Assembly (NCBI GenBank): GCA_951406725.2
Contig: OX597815.1
Location: forward strand, 169,074,001 to 169,138,000
Source: Octopus vulgaris
Lineage: Eukaryota
Reading direction: 5' to 3'
Length of the DNA: 64,000 bases
In this document: in pieces, positions 13,301 to 25,800 of the stretch
Numbering within the stretch: the first letter of the stretch is position 1
Layout: the number at the start of each line of letters is the position of its first letter
The notes under the pieces: generated by a model
The model's database searches: none
What the model saw: only the letters and a program-made list of their open reading frames with translations
What the model was told of the DNA's origin: nothing
Position numbers and translations under genes: made by a program

Positions 13301-16300
13301 GAGAGTCAGAGTAAGAAGAGAGAGGGGCGAGTAATTAGGGCATTGAGAGAAGTTGAAGTAGAATCAGCAGGTGAGTGAGAAAGTGCAGAATGGGTAGTAT
13401 TGTGAAGGATGGTCATTGTTGTTGGGTTTGACAGCAGATGTTAATAGTTGGAGGGGGGGAGGCTGTAGAACTGAGAAAGAGAAATATATATACATATATA
13501 TATATATGTAACTCCAAGAAAGTTAGAGGTTGTGAATCCAACCTGCTAAGGGATAATATCTATCCAATATACTGCTGGTAGAATACCCAATTATTAATAC
13601 ACAAGTGTTCTTTATTGCATTGCAATTACATTACCTAGTGTATTAATGGGTGAAGGTGAAGAGATATTTTACCATTAATTTATATAGCAAATAAGAAAAT
13701 GGAGGAGAACAATAGATAGTTCATCAACTTTTAGACATTATATTATATTAACTTATTTATTTACTAAACTGATAATTACAATAATATACAAACATATAAC
13801 ATATTATGCTTTACATATAAAATATAGTAATATATAAGGATACCAGTAATTATTATAAAATAACAATACACACACACACACAAACAAGCACATATACACA
13901 CACACTACAATACCTTTTTCCTGAGCCACCCCTATTTCTTTTACCTTACACCTCAAACTAATATCTATCATTGACCATTCCTCCATTCTTGTTCACCATT
14001 TACTACATTCAGTTCTACCTCCAACTCTAACCACCTGTCACTCTTCTATGACACTCTTACTAACTTACCAACCTACACTTCACAATCCTATGTCTGTCTT
14101 CTCTCTTATACTCATCTTCTTGTACCTTGATAGTACACCCTGACACCTCTTTACCACCTGTCTTTGTCTCTCTTTCCAACCACTTGCATCTGCCTTTATA
14201 TAATGCAGAGTAGCCATATCTCATCTATAACAAAACACCTCTTCCTGTCCCTTTATTATACTTTTGCCTCTCAACACTTGTCATAAAGCCACAACCCTCT
14301 CTACTGCAATCTCATTCAACTGAGGGAGCTTTTTCTTTCTCTTGCACTCAGTACGCTCTGTAAAGTATTGGGTGAGACAGTGTAAGCAGTGATATGTATA
14401 AATAGGTTATTACCAGTTCAAATATGCTTCAGGCATATTCAAACCTGTAAACCTGTACTAAAACTATTCAATGTGTCTTGTCATGGAGAAAATTCCTCTC
14501 TGTAGACAAATAGTGTAAATACATTTTGTAAAGTGGTTGATGCTAAGGAAGAGCTTCCAGTCATAGAAACCAGCCAAAGCAAACATTGGAGTTTGACATA
14601 GTTCCCTAACTCATCAGATCCTGTCAAACTGTCCAACCCATTCCACCATGGAAGGTGGATGTGAAATAATGATGATGATACATACACTTTTGCATTGAAT
14701 TTCACTCACAAAATTTTAATTTGTAGCACAGGTTTTCAGTGTCATTATCTGTTATAATATGTGACATGACTGGTACATATTATTGACACTGAAAGTGCAA
14801 ACATGGCTGAATGGTTAAAAAGTTTGTTTCCCATAGTTTCAAGTTCAGTCCTACTACATGACACCTTGGACAAATGTCTTCTATAGTTTCAGTCCAACCA
14901 AAGCCTTGCAAGTGGATTTGGTAGGTGGAAATTTAGAAAGAAAAAAAGCTTGTCACATTACCATCACTTGTTCGAGTTTCCATGCACAGAGACTGAACCC
15001 AAGACCACATGTTTGGGAAGTAATCTTCTTGACCACACAGTCATGCCTGCAATTATTATATCCGCCTTACCGAAGGTGGAGGTATTGTTTTCAGTCATGT
15101 TTGTTTGTTTGTCTGTGGACAAGATAGCTCAAGAACCACTGGGTGGATTCGGATGAATCTTTCAGGGATGTTTGGCCTCATGACTGGCATGAACTGATTA
15201 GATTTGGGGATTGATCCGGTACCAGACAAGGATTCTGGATTATTTTTCCGTTTTTTACTTAAATTTTGAGAGCAGTCAGGTTCATTTTTAGTATTCTCGT
15301 TTGTGAAAGCAGTCGAGTTTATTTCAGATATTCTCATTTTAAAAATCATCTCCAGCTAATTGTTGAGAGGACATTGGTGTTGCCTTGGCAGAGGTTTGCT
15401 CTGTCTGAGTCTCTTGTTTTATATTTTATTTTATTATTTTTGTTTTTGGAACAGTGAAACTCAAAGCAGACAAAGCAAGCGAATATTGGATGAAAAAAAC
15501 CCTTGGATAGGAAAAGTCGAAGGCTGCACAGAACACCTGTCATGTTTATAGAAGATTTAGGTTCAAATATCGTGGGCAACCTTTGGCTTTTCCTATTTAA
15601 AGGGTTTTTTAGCCCCAATATTTACACACTATCATTTTTAGCTTTTTCTGCCTTCAGTTTCACTGTTTCTAACTATTGGGTTGTCTGGAAAGTTCGTGAC
15701 GATTTATAGTAGCTTACCTTTCAACTTATTTTAGAACATGATTGAGTCCATAAAATAGGATTTGACTACACCTCCATTTAGAGCACAGTTTAAGCTATCT
15801 TTTCGTGGAACAAGGTTTATGTTCCTATAACCTGTGTTAGTTCTGTAACCCTTTAAAATGGAAGATAAGAAAGTTCATTTTCGGCACTTGATGCTTTGAG
15901 AATCAGACAAAAATTGCTGCAGCTCAGCTGGGATGTGTTACCCCACCCTCCATCACCAGATATTGCTCCTTCGGATTTCCACTTATTCTCTGCAGAATAG
16001 TCTTAATGGTAAAAATTTCAATTCCTTGGATGGCCTAAAAAGATACCTTGATGAAACCACCTCAATTCTGGTAAGAGGGTATTTTCAAGTTTAATCCTTT
16101 TGTTACCAAACCGCCCGAAAAAAATTTTGGTTAATGTGACCAAACCGCCCAAAGCCGTCCGAATTTACCTATTCATATTTAAATGAGAATATCAGAGCAA
16201 ATCTCTTTAGTACATTCATGAAAATACGTATTATACTTCGTAAAGAATTCAACTACAGTTTTGTACAAAAATCGAAGTGTAATTTTAATTCCGTGAATTT

Positions 16301-19300
16301 TGGGAGATTTTTTCCGAAATTTGTTCCTATTGTGTTTTCAAAATTTGTAATTCTGACAAAAAATGGATACGAATTTCATTATATCAAGCAGCGAGTCAGA
16401 ATTCGAAGGATTTTCTACTGAAGACCTTCATAAATCTAACTCTATGACTGAAAAAAAAAAGCACTTGGTATTTGATAATGAATCTGATGTTTCATTTTCC
16501 GAAAGTGAAAACAGTGAATCCGAGAGCTCCGACAGCGATAAAGAAAATGAATTGGCACCTGAATGGAGTGAAAATTTAAAAACTGTTTCTTTCGGTGATT
16601 TTTCTGAAGAAACTGGACCAAGCCACAGACTTTCCCAGAAGAGTAAAGCCTTAGACAATTTCTTTTTACTTTTTCGAATGAGCCTATTTGAAATCATTAC
16701 GGCGGAAATGAACCGTTACGCTAAATGTAAACAAAACGAAAGAAAGGATAGTTAGTGGTTTCCCATAACCTTAAATGAAATTAAGACTATTTTGCCATAA
16801 ATATTATTATGAGTATCAGAAAGTTACCCAGAATAACAAATTCTATCGTAAAATTTAGTTGTATACCCAATTGAATATTAGCTAATAACCCATTTTCTAT
16901 AGCGATGTTTGAACAAAATTTTTATAATTTTATATTTTGTTGAATTTACCTGTATCTACCTGCAATTAAAGTCACTTTGTGACAAAAATTATAGTATAGG
17001 ATTGGTTGAGAACATTTCATTAAATTATCTTCCAAAATTCACGTTAATATATTGATAAATAAAAAAGTTATAGTTGTTTAACGAAACCAGACTAAATTTA
17101 TGATTATGTTAGAAATTAATTGAAACACATAAAGGGTGTATTTTGGTTAGAAATATAGTAACGAAAAAGTTAAAGGAGAGATGGAGACACATTGTGCAAC
17201 AAAATGGTTCATATTTGGTTGATTAAAAATGTAATGGCAAGTATTTATTGACCTTTTTCTTTCCTTTAAAAATCGGCATGAACTTTCCGGACAACCCAAT
17301 ATAATTATTTCACATTCTCTTGAAACTTATAAATTCTAATGATGTCAACAACTTATATTATTCTATTTCATTTTATTACAGCTGGCAGATAAATTATTTA
17401 TTGGTATTGGACAAGATTTCCTTGACTCTCTCTTCTGGAGTGCAACTGAACCTAGAGGAAGGAAAAGGGAACATATTGGAGTCCTTGGTCACCTTATTTT
17501 AGCTATTTTTTATGTTAATATCCTTTTGATGAAATGAATTATGTTAATGAACATAGTATTGAGCCATGATTATTAATAGATTAGTATACCTGTTTTATAC
17601 CTTTTAGTATACCTGTGTACTTCAGCTATATCTATTTGTGTTATTTAAAATACACACATGCATATATTTTCTACAAATATGCAAGCCTACATAAATATAC
17701 ACATATAAGTCTATAGATATGTATAAACACAGTTTTTTTTTTATTCTCCCACAGAGTATACATAGAAAGAAACTGGACTAACAAGTTTGCTCTAAACTCA
17801 CTTACTTATTACATATATCATCTCTATATGTGTTTCAGTGACAAATCTAAGACTGAATTACATAAGGTTTAGCCTTAAACAATTCAGCCTTACAATCATC
17901 ACTGGAACACATGTAAGGATGCTATAACTCTTTTACTCTTTTACTTGTTTCAGTCATTTGACTGTGGCCATACTGGAGCACCGCCTTTAGTCGAGCAGAT
18001 TGACCTCAGGACTTATTCTTTGTAAGCCTAGTACTTATTCTATTGGTCTCTTTTGCTGAACCGCTAAGTTACGGGTATGTAAACACACCAGCATCGGTTG
18101 TCAAGCGATGTTGGGGGAACAAACACAGACACACAAACATATATACACACACATACATATATATATATATACATATATACGACAGGCTTCTTTCAGTTTC
18201 CATCTACCAAATACACTCACAAGGCTTTGGTCGGCCTGAGGCTATAGTAGAAGACACTTGCCCAAGGTGCCATGCAGTGGGACTGAACCCGGAACCATGT
18301 GGTTCATAAGCAAGCTACTTACCACACAGCCACTCCTACACCTATAAGTGAATGATTTTTAAACATACTTCCCAGTTTTTGTGTTTTACACATGTATTTA
18401 TGTATGTGTGTCTCTCTGTCTGTGTATCAGCTAGACTGTTGGATGTTGTTAAACACCACTGGTCACAGTGTACTTCCTTGCATTGCTGTAGCTTTTGAAT
18501 GATGCCATCTTACTGGATAGGAGGGCCGGCCAACATTTCGTCACAGGGTTACACATTTTCAGCAGAATGGACTGAAACAGGGTGAAATGAAGTGCTTTGC
18601 TCAAGAAGACAATGCACTGCCAGTATGGGGATTAAAATCATAATCTTGCAATTGTGAGTGCAACACCTTAACCACTAGGCCATGCACCTTCAGTATATAT
18701 GTATGTGTGTGTTATGTTTGAGTATCTTTCAGTGAGAGCACTGACAAACCACTGTTTTTCAAATGTAATATTTACTCTGTCCAGCTTGCACAGACACTCA
18801 CATGTCCCTCTTGTCGTAGTAAATGAAGTGGAACAGTAATTGGCTGATTGGAACTTTTTTCATCATAAGACAATATCTTTACATATAAAAGTGAAGTTGT
18901 GTGTCTGTCTCCTATGATTTAGATTCCTAACTACTCCCACATTTTGCGGTGCAGTGTAACCAAAAGCGGGTATCTTATAGTTGTGATTCATATCGAGCCT
19001 TCTGGGTATTAGCGCACGTCTACGATGAGTCTACGATTTAAAAAAAAATTTATCATAATTTTTTCCCATTTTTAATGCATTTTGTTGCTATTATATAAGG
19101 GAAGTAACTCTTTAAAAATGTATTATTAAATCTCAGAACGTAAAAAGCTACAGTAACACCCCCCTTTGTGGTTAGCCATATTGAGATGGCTATTATACTT
19201 TACATCTCTAAAAATGCTTATATAGTTATTTCCCTTATAAACCCGAGCAACACCGGGTGATACTGCTAGTAAATATATAAAAATGTATGTCTTTTTGTCT

Positions 19301-22300
19301 CATGCTTTTGAGATAACTTACAGAAGAATTATATAGCTTGATATCCCTATAGTTAAACCACAAGATTGACCATTAATTTTCCATTGGTTTAAGATCCTGT
19401 AAACAAGGCCAGTTTAAGATTCTTATTAGAATTTAACCATTCTTTCATTATTTTCAAAATATGGATTAGCCCATTATTTACCATATCTCTGTTGAAATAT
19501 GTGGTCTTAGTTGCAATTTTAATTTTTAAAATAATGAAGAATCTAGTAAAATAACTTTGTTATTATTAAGCTGGTATTTGAAAAATTAGCATCATTTCTT
19601 GATAGAAGGTTCTGATTTAACTGGCCATATCCGGCCCAGATATTCTACATGTTTTATGTTCAAACTGGTGATATCTAGCCTCTCACACCTAACCTACATT
19701 GACATTGTAAAAATAAACAATTGCATCATTGAAACCTCAAAGCTATAAGATAATGCATGATTAATCCAAAACAATTTAAGTGAAAAAATATTACATTTAA
19801 CAGAGTAATTGGAACACTAAAGGTTTAAATCATTTTAACCCTTTTACTGCAAAAATCAAATATAACAACTCAAAATTTCATGATTCTGAATTATGGAAAT
19901 CAATTTTATATACCAATCTATCTTTTGTTGAGGAATGTCCTGTTTGAAAAACTGTTTTTTGTTGAGATATTTGAAGATTACTGAGGCAACAGAAAATACC
20001 AATTCAATCTTTTGGTAGACATTTAACATTATTGGAATAACCACCAAATTTGATCTTGCAGCTAAACGGTTAAAGCATGAAATTTGTAAGCTAGAACTAG
20101 GGTCAGTCTCTGAAGGGTTGGTCTCAAAAGGGTTAAAGCAACATGTTTTGAATAATCATAACCTTTCGCGAGGTAGAAAAAGCACCCACTTCACTCTCGG
20201 AGTGATTGGTGTTAAGAATGGCATCCAGCTGTAGAAACCTTGCCGGATCAGACTGGAGCCTGGTGCAGCCCACTGGCTTGCCAAACCTCAGTCAAACTAT
20301 CCAACCCATGCCAGCATGGAAAATGGATGATGAATGATGATGATGATATGTCAGTATAAGATTTTGAGGTAATTGCTATTTCTATAAAATATATTTGCAA
20401 TTTTCTATTTGCATTCAAAACTACCTTTACGATGCCTCTACTCAAAAGTTTCCTACCCATAAAGAACAGATCGTCTTTGGAATAATCATGTTAGTGAAAT
20501 GGGTTGCCATCTGATATGACAGGTTTTTGTAGAAAAAAAGAAACTGATAGAATAAATATTGGGGTCAGTTTGTTTGACTATAAAACCCTTCATGTGGTGC
20601 CCCAGCATGGCCATAGTCCGCTGACTGAAACAAATAAAAAGTAATTGATAAAAATTGTCTTTAAATTTTTATGAATAAATTTTATACACATTCTATAGTT
20701 TTGTTCTACAATACATATTTATATAAATAAGATTAGTGGATGAACAGCCGGAAGGTAAATAATAAAATCTATTAGGATTAAATTCTTGGAGACAAATAGA
20801 TGTTGAAAAAAAAACAAAAAACAATAAAATAGTTAAAAACAGCCTTAAAAGAATGGGAATTTATAGAGAAACTATATAGAAATATTTCGTTTTTAGATTT
20901 GGTTTGCAAGATTCTTTATATGAGTTCGTGTGTTAAAGCATATTCTGTTGTGTCTGGGGAGAGTCATTTTCTTTTTGTGCCTTATAATGTAACACACTCA
21001 CCAGTAAAATTTCCACTTATTTTACTGATAAGTGTGTTACATTATAAGGCACAAAAAGAAAACGACTCTCCCCAGACAACAGAATATATAGAAATATACA
21101 TGTTGCAAAGCATATTTCAGAAATCAGATTTGAGATCACTGAAAACTTTTAAAAGTTCCTAACTCGCAAACATTCAGATTACTCTGTCAAATGTAATGCT
21201 TACTCATTCACATTTTTCTGAATAAATCATGCTTTATCTCATACCTTCAAGATTTTGATAATATGACTGTGACGAGCTGGCAGAAACGTTAGCATGCCAG
21301 GCGAAATGCGTAGCCGTATTTTGTCTGCCGTTATGTTGTGAGTTCAAATTCCGCCGAGGTCAACTTTGCCTTTCATCCTTTCGGGGTCAATTAAATAAGT
21401 ACCAGCTACGCACAGGGGTCGATATAATCGACTTAGTCCGTTTGTCCTTGTTTGTCCCCTCTGTGTGTTGCCCCTTGTGGGTAGTAAAGAAATAGGCATT
21501 TCGTCTACCGTTACATTGTGAGTTCAAATTCCGCCAAGGTCGACTTTGCCTTTCATCCTTTTGGGGTCGATAAATTAAGTACCAGTTACACACTGGGGTC
21601 GATGTAATCGACTTAATCCCTTTGTCTGTCCTTGTTTGTCCCCTCTATGTTTAGCCTCTTGTGGGCAATAAAGAAATATATTTTTGGAATAACATTGTAG
21701 AGTAGATGCAAGAGGCCAGGTGTGGCCAGTTTGAATATAAGCAAGCAGAATATTCGAGCTGGATATGGCCAGTTTAAACGCTAAAGGGTTAAACTGCTGT
21801 TCTTGAGTCAACAATACACATGTTCTGTTTACTATCAAATATTTCCTTATCTAACTGTACTTCTTCACAGCATCCTGATTCTAGTCCAGGCTACAATTTT
21901 AAATGTAGCTTTCAATTCTCATAACAAATCTCTCCTTATCATTATGATGTCTAACAATGTAAGTTAACCTACATATATATTTTTCACTTACAACCCACCT
22001 TATTTTTAATGTTATATCTCAATTGTGCAATGACCTTATCTTTTCCTTTACGTTGAAACAAGAAAAAAAAAATGTTTTGTAAGTTAACACGCTATCTCTG
22101 CTTTATGTGACCATAATCAAGGTATTCAACTACAATCATTATTGTGTAATACTGTTGCTGAGCAAGATACATAAGTCTACTTGCTCTTGCTCTAGTTTAC
22201 CTGACTGACTTATAGGCAAGCCTTGTACTTTATAGTACTTTACAGCTCGAAGGTCATTCAGCTGTAAAATCAATTAAAACAACAAGCTAATAACAAAAAA

Positions 22301-22412
22301 TAAAAACCATTCACTGTAAACAAGTATATGAAAATGAATGTATAATAATTAAAAGCATGTTAAAACAAAACAAATTGAGTAACATATAATTTGGGGAAAA
22401 TTTTAATTATAC

Positions 22413-22449
<37 letters not shown>

Positions 22450-22842
22450 AAATTCGCGAAAGACGAAGACAGGTGGTGTAGAAAACAAACAGATGTATTA
22501 GTATAAATTGAAGACAGGTACATATATACATATATATATATATATACATCGGTGAGCCGGGCGACGTGTCTGATAATCGGTGGACGCACGTAGTTGTCAA
22601 GTGGTACCCGCGTGAGCGGAAAAGACGACCCGGAAGACCTCCACGACAGTAGAATTACGATTTCAGGAGAACGATTGGGATCACGTGGATGAGAAAGGCG
22701 CGATCCAGAGAGGAGTGGGCAGCGTGCTGTGACCAGCGGTGTCAAATGGACGCCTGACGGACTGGTCGGTCAAAGTGATCAAAGTGATATATATACATAT
22801 ATATATACATATACATATATATACATATACATATATATACAT

Positions 22843-22891
<49 letters not shown>

Positions 22892-25800
22892 TATACATAT
22901 AGGTCAAATTTACAGATAAAAAAGACGAAGACAGGTGAAGGAACAACAAGCAGGTGTATTAGTTTGACGCTTGGGAAGAATGGAAGTCTTTAACATTTTG
23001 AGCCTCTGGTCTTTAATAGAAAGGATTGAGAGGAGGAAAAAGAGGAGAGAGAACGAAAAGAAACTGAGAAGAAAATGTGTAGGGATTAACGGTTCAGCAT
23101 GATATAACCCATGCCAGCACGGAGAGTGGATGTTAAATGAAGATGATGATGAGAGAGATACCTAACCCACATGCATTTCTTCCTGGCTCTCTTGTCTTTT
23201 ATCTTTTACTCTCTGTTACCATTTTTCTTCATTCTTCCTTGAATGTAAACTTAATGAGGTCAGTTGTGATTGTCCTTTGAACTCTTGTTGTTGTTTGATA
23301 TATTGCTTGCCAACCACATGGTTTCAGGTTCAGTCCCACAGCAATTGTCAGCTTGCTGTGTTTTTGAAAAAGCAATTTAAAATTAACTTTTATTGGGGTG
23401 CATATTATGTAAAAAGGGGATGTCCTATGGGACAACCTAGATGAGATATATAAAAAGCTCACTTCGCCATTATGTGTTTCTGGGTTCAATCTCACTACAC
23501 ACTAATATTGACTTGCAATACAAATATATAACAGGCTAGTTTATGATTGCCCATGATCCAATGTGTCCTGCATTATGGTACTTGGGGTAAATTTTGCTTT
23601 TTTTTTCTAGCACGTCAAATGACCACTTATTGGTCCCCCTCATTATCGATGCTTTTAACTCCCACGTCAGCCCTGATCCATCAGATGTTTCAGCTGTGCT
23701 TATCTCATCCTTTTATTTTGCATAGATTAAAAATAAATAAATAAAAACCCTTCAATTTTTTTTAATTAAGCACTTTTGGGTTTTTTTTTTTTTTTTCCCA
23801 TTGATTATAAGTTTTAAAAAGCCAGAAATCAGGGATCAGTAGGAATGTTAATGGAGCATTAATGGTATCACTAAGGCCATGGGCTCAGCCCCTTCAGGAC
23901 ACTGGTATGTGAAAAAGAAAAACAAAAAAGGTGCTTTCTACCATAACCTTATGGTGATTCAAATTTTATGGATGAAATTAAGTTGATGGAAACTGTGTGG
24001 ACTGTTCTTTGAAGGTAGCCCTGATCCATCATCCACCCTGTTTAATGCCAGCACCTAGTCTTTTGCTGATTTTAGTAATGTCTCCTTTATTTCAAGCATT
24101 CAAAGTCTCTCATCTGCACCGTTTTCCATAGTAGCGACCTAAGAGTTCTGGTTTCTTCCTTTCTTCCTTCTATTCCCAGTCTCAGAAGCCCTCACAAAAA
24201 TTTTGGTTGATGCCCCACCTTCTTTGATCAAATCATTAAAAAATTAAAATTATGTATATTTTTTCCTCTCTTTTTTTTTTGTGTGTGTGTCATAGATCCA
24301 CTCAACAAACTAATATAACGTACTTCTTTCTCTTCTCTTCTTTTGATACATTTTTTTCAGTTTGTTGAGATTAAAATAAATGTCTTCAAAAGAGTGGACA
24401 AAAAAAACCTTTTCCAAATCTCCTGCAGTGATGCCCGTGAAAGGTTTCAGTACATTATCCTTCTGTTTATAGTGTTTGTTCGAAATATGGCAGAATTTTC
24501 CTGGAATCCTGGTAAGTTTTTATCTCTCTCAAATTATTTTTAAAAGATCATGAGATAAAAAAGAAAAGAGAGAAAGCATTAATTACTCTGTACGCATAAG
24601 CGAAAGCAGGGTATTGTAATCACTCGTCTTTGTCTGTTTGTTTGCAAAATTACTGGAAAATAGCTGAATGGATTTTCACCAAATTTGACAGAAATACTCA
24701 TTGGGAGAGTGGCCCAAAATGAAGAAAATTTGGTTTGATTATCTTCAAGTATACATAAATACATATACAGATATGTAACTGTGTGTGTGTGTACAGTGAT
24801 GGATTTAAGGGTTTCATTTATTTACGAGTTGATTTCTTTATTTCACCAGAGCATAAATACTTTTAATGGTGATACTTTAAAAGAAAATTTTTTTAATTGA
24901 ACTTACAAGTTTCCCGTCAAGCAAGTGGCTATATTATTTATATCCTACAACAAACTACAGTATGTTTGATTCACCTGCCATCATTGAAAGACATTGCTAT
25001 GCAATACTTTCTGTACGTATTTCATTTTGTTCACTTCCTTTTTTCATACGTATTGCTCCTCATCTGCATGTATATAGATCATGGTGTACCTATGCATGTA
25101 GACACGTGTACAGTGATGGATTCAAAGGTTTTGTTTATTTATGAGTTGATTTCTTAATTTCACTATTCTTAGGTTTCTAGTTAAACCACACTATAATTTG
25201 CAAAGAAAATTATTTACGTGCAGGGTATACATTGTCCCTCTGGTGCCATTATTTTCATTTTACTTTGTATCCAGAAAGACATTTGTAATTAAAATTCTGC
25301 TGCTATTTAATAATTTGTTTTGTTGGTTACTCTTTTACTTACTTCAAAGATTTAGTCAAATAAATAGACCCCAGTACTTATTTTTGAAGTCTGGTCCTTG
25401 CTCTGTTAGCCTCTTTTGCTGAACTGTTAAGTCATAGGGATGTAAACAAGCCAACACCAGTTGCCAAATTGTGGTGGGAAGACACACACACAGTCACTAA
25501 AAATTATATATAATGAAATTCACAACCAATATAGTAAATAATTAAACCTGGAAGTTAATTATATGACAGCTATTTTTAATAAAGAAATTAGCAATTATAA
25601 AGTTGGGTTTAGTTGTAATATTTGATGAAAAATAGTAACCCATGTGTAAAAAGTCTCTATTAAATTGATTGTGTGGTTATTTAACAAAAATTTAACTTGA
25701 TATCAAATTGCCTTAAACTGCTCCTGGTTCTCTGATATAAACTTCCTGTTTTAAATTGATCTACATGAAAACTTTTAATCAAAATTCTGTGTTAATTTGT

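Larger units (their letters stand above)
17518..21860 (+). other. U12-type (minor spliceosome) AT-AC intron
   Basis: 5' end ATATCCTTTT; branch-point-like TTCCTTATC at 21843-21851; 3' end AC at 21859-21860. These ends give the in-frame junction FYV-I-LHSIL. Confidence 0.92.

Noticed and set aside
21869-21870. Canonical AG acceptor for the 21861 exon
   Set aside because: It is 10 nt downstream of the AC, so it shifts frame with the 17517 donor and deletes conserved LH; no suitable GT donor at the upstream exon end.
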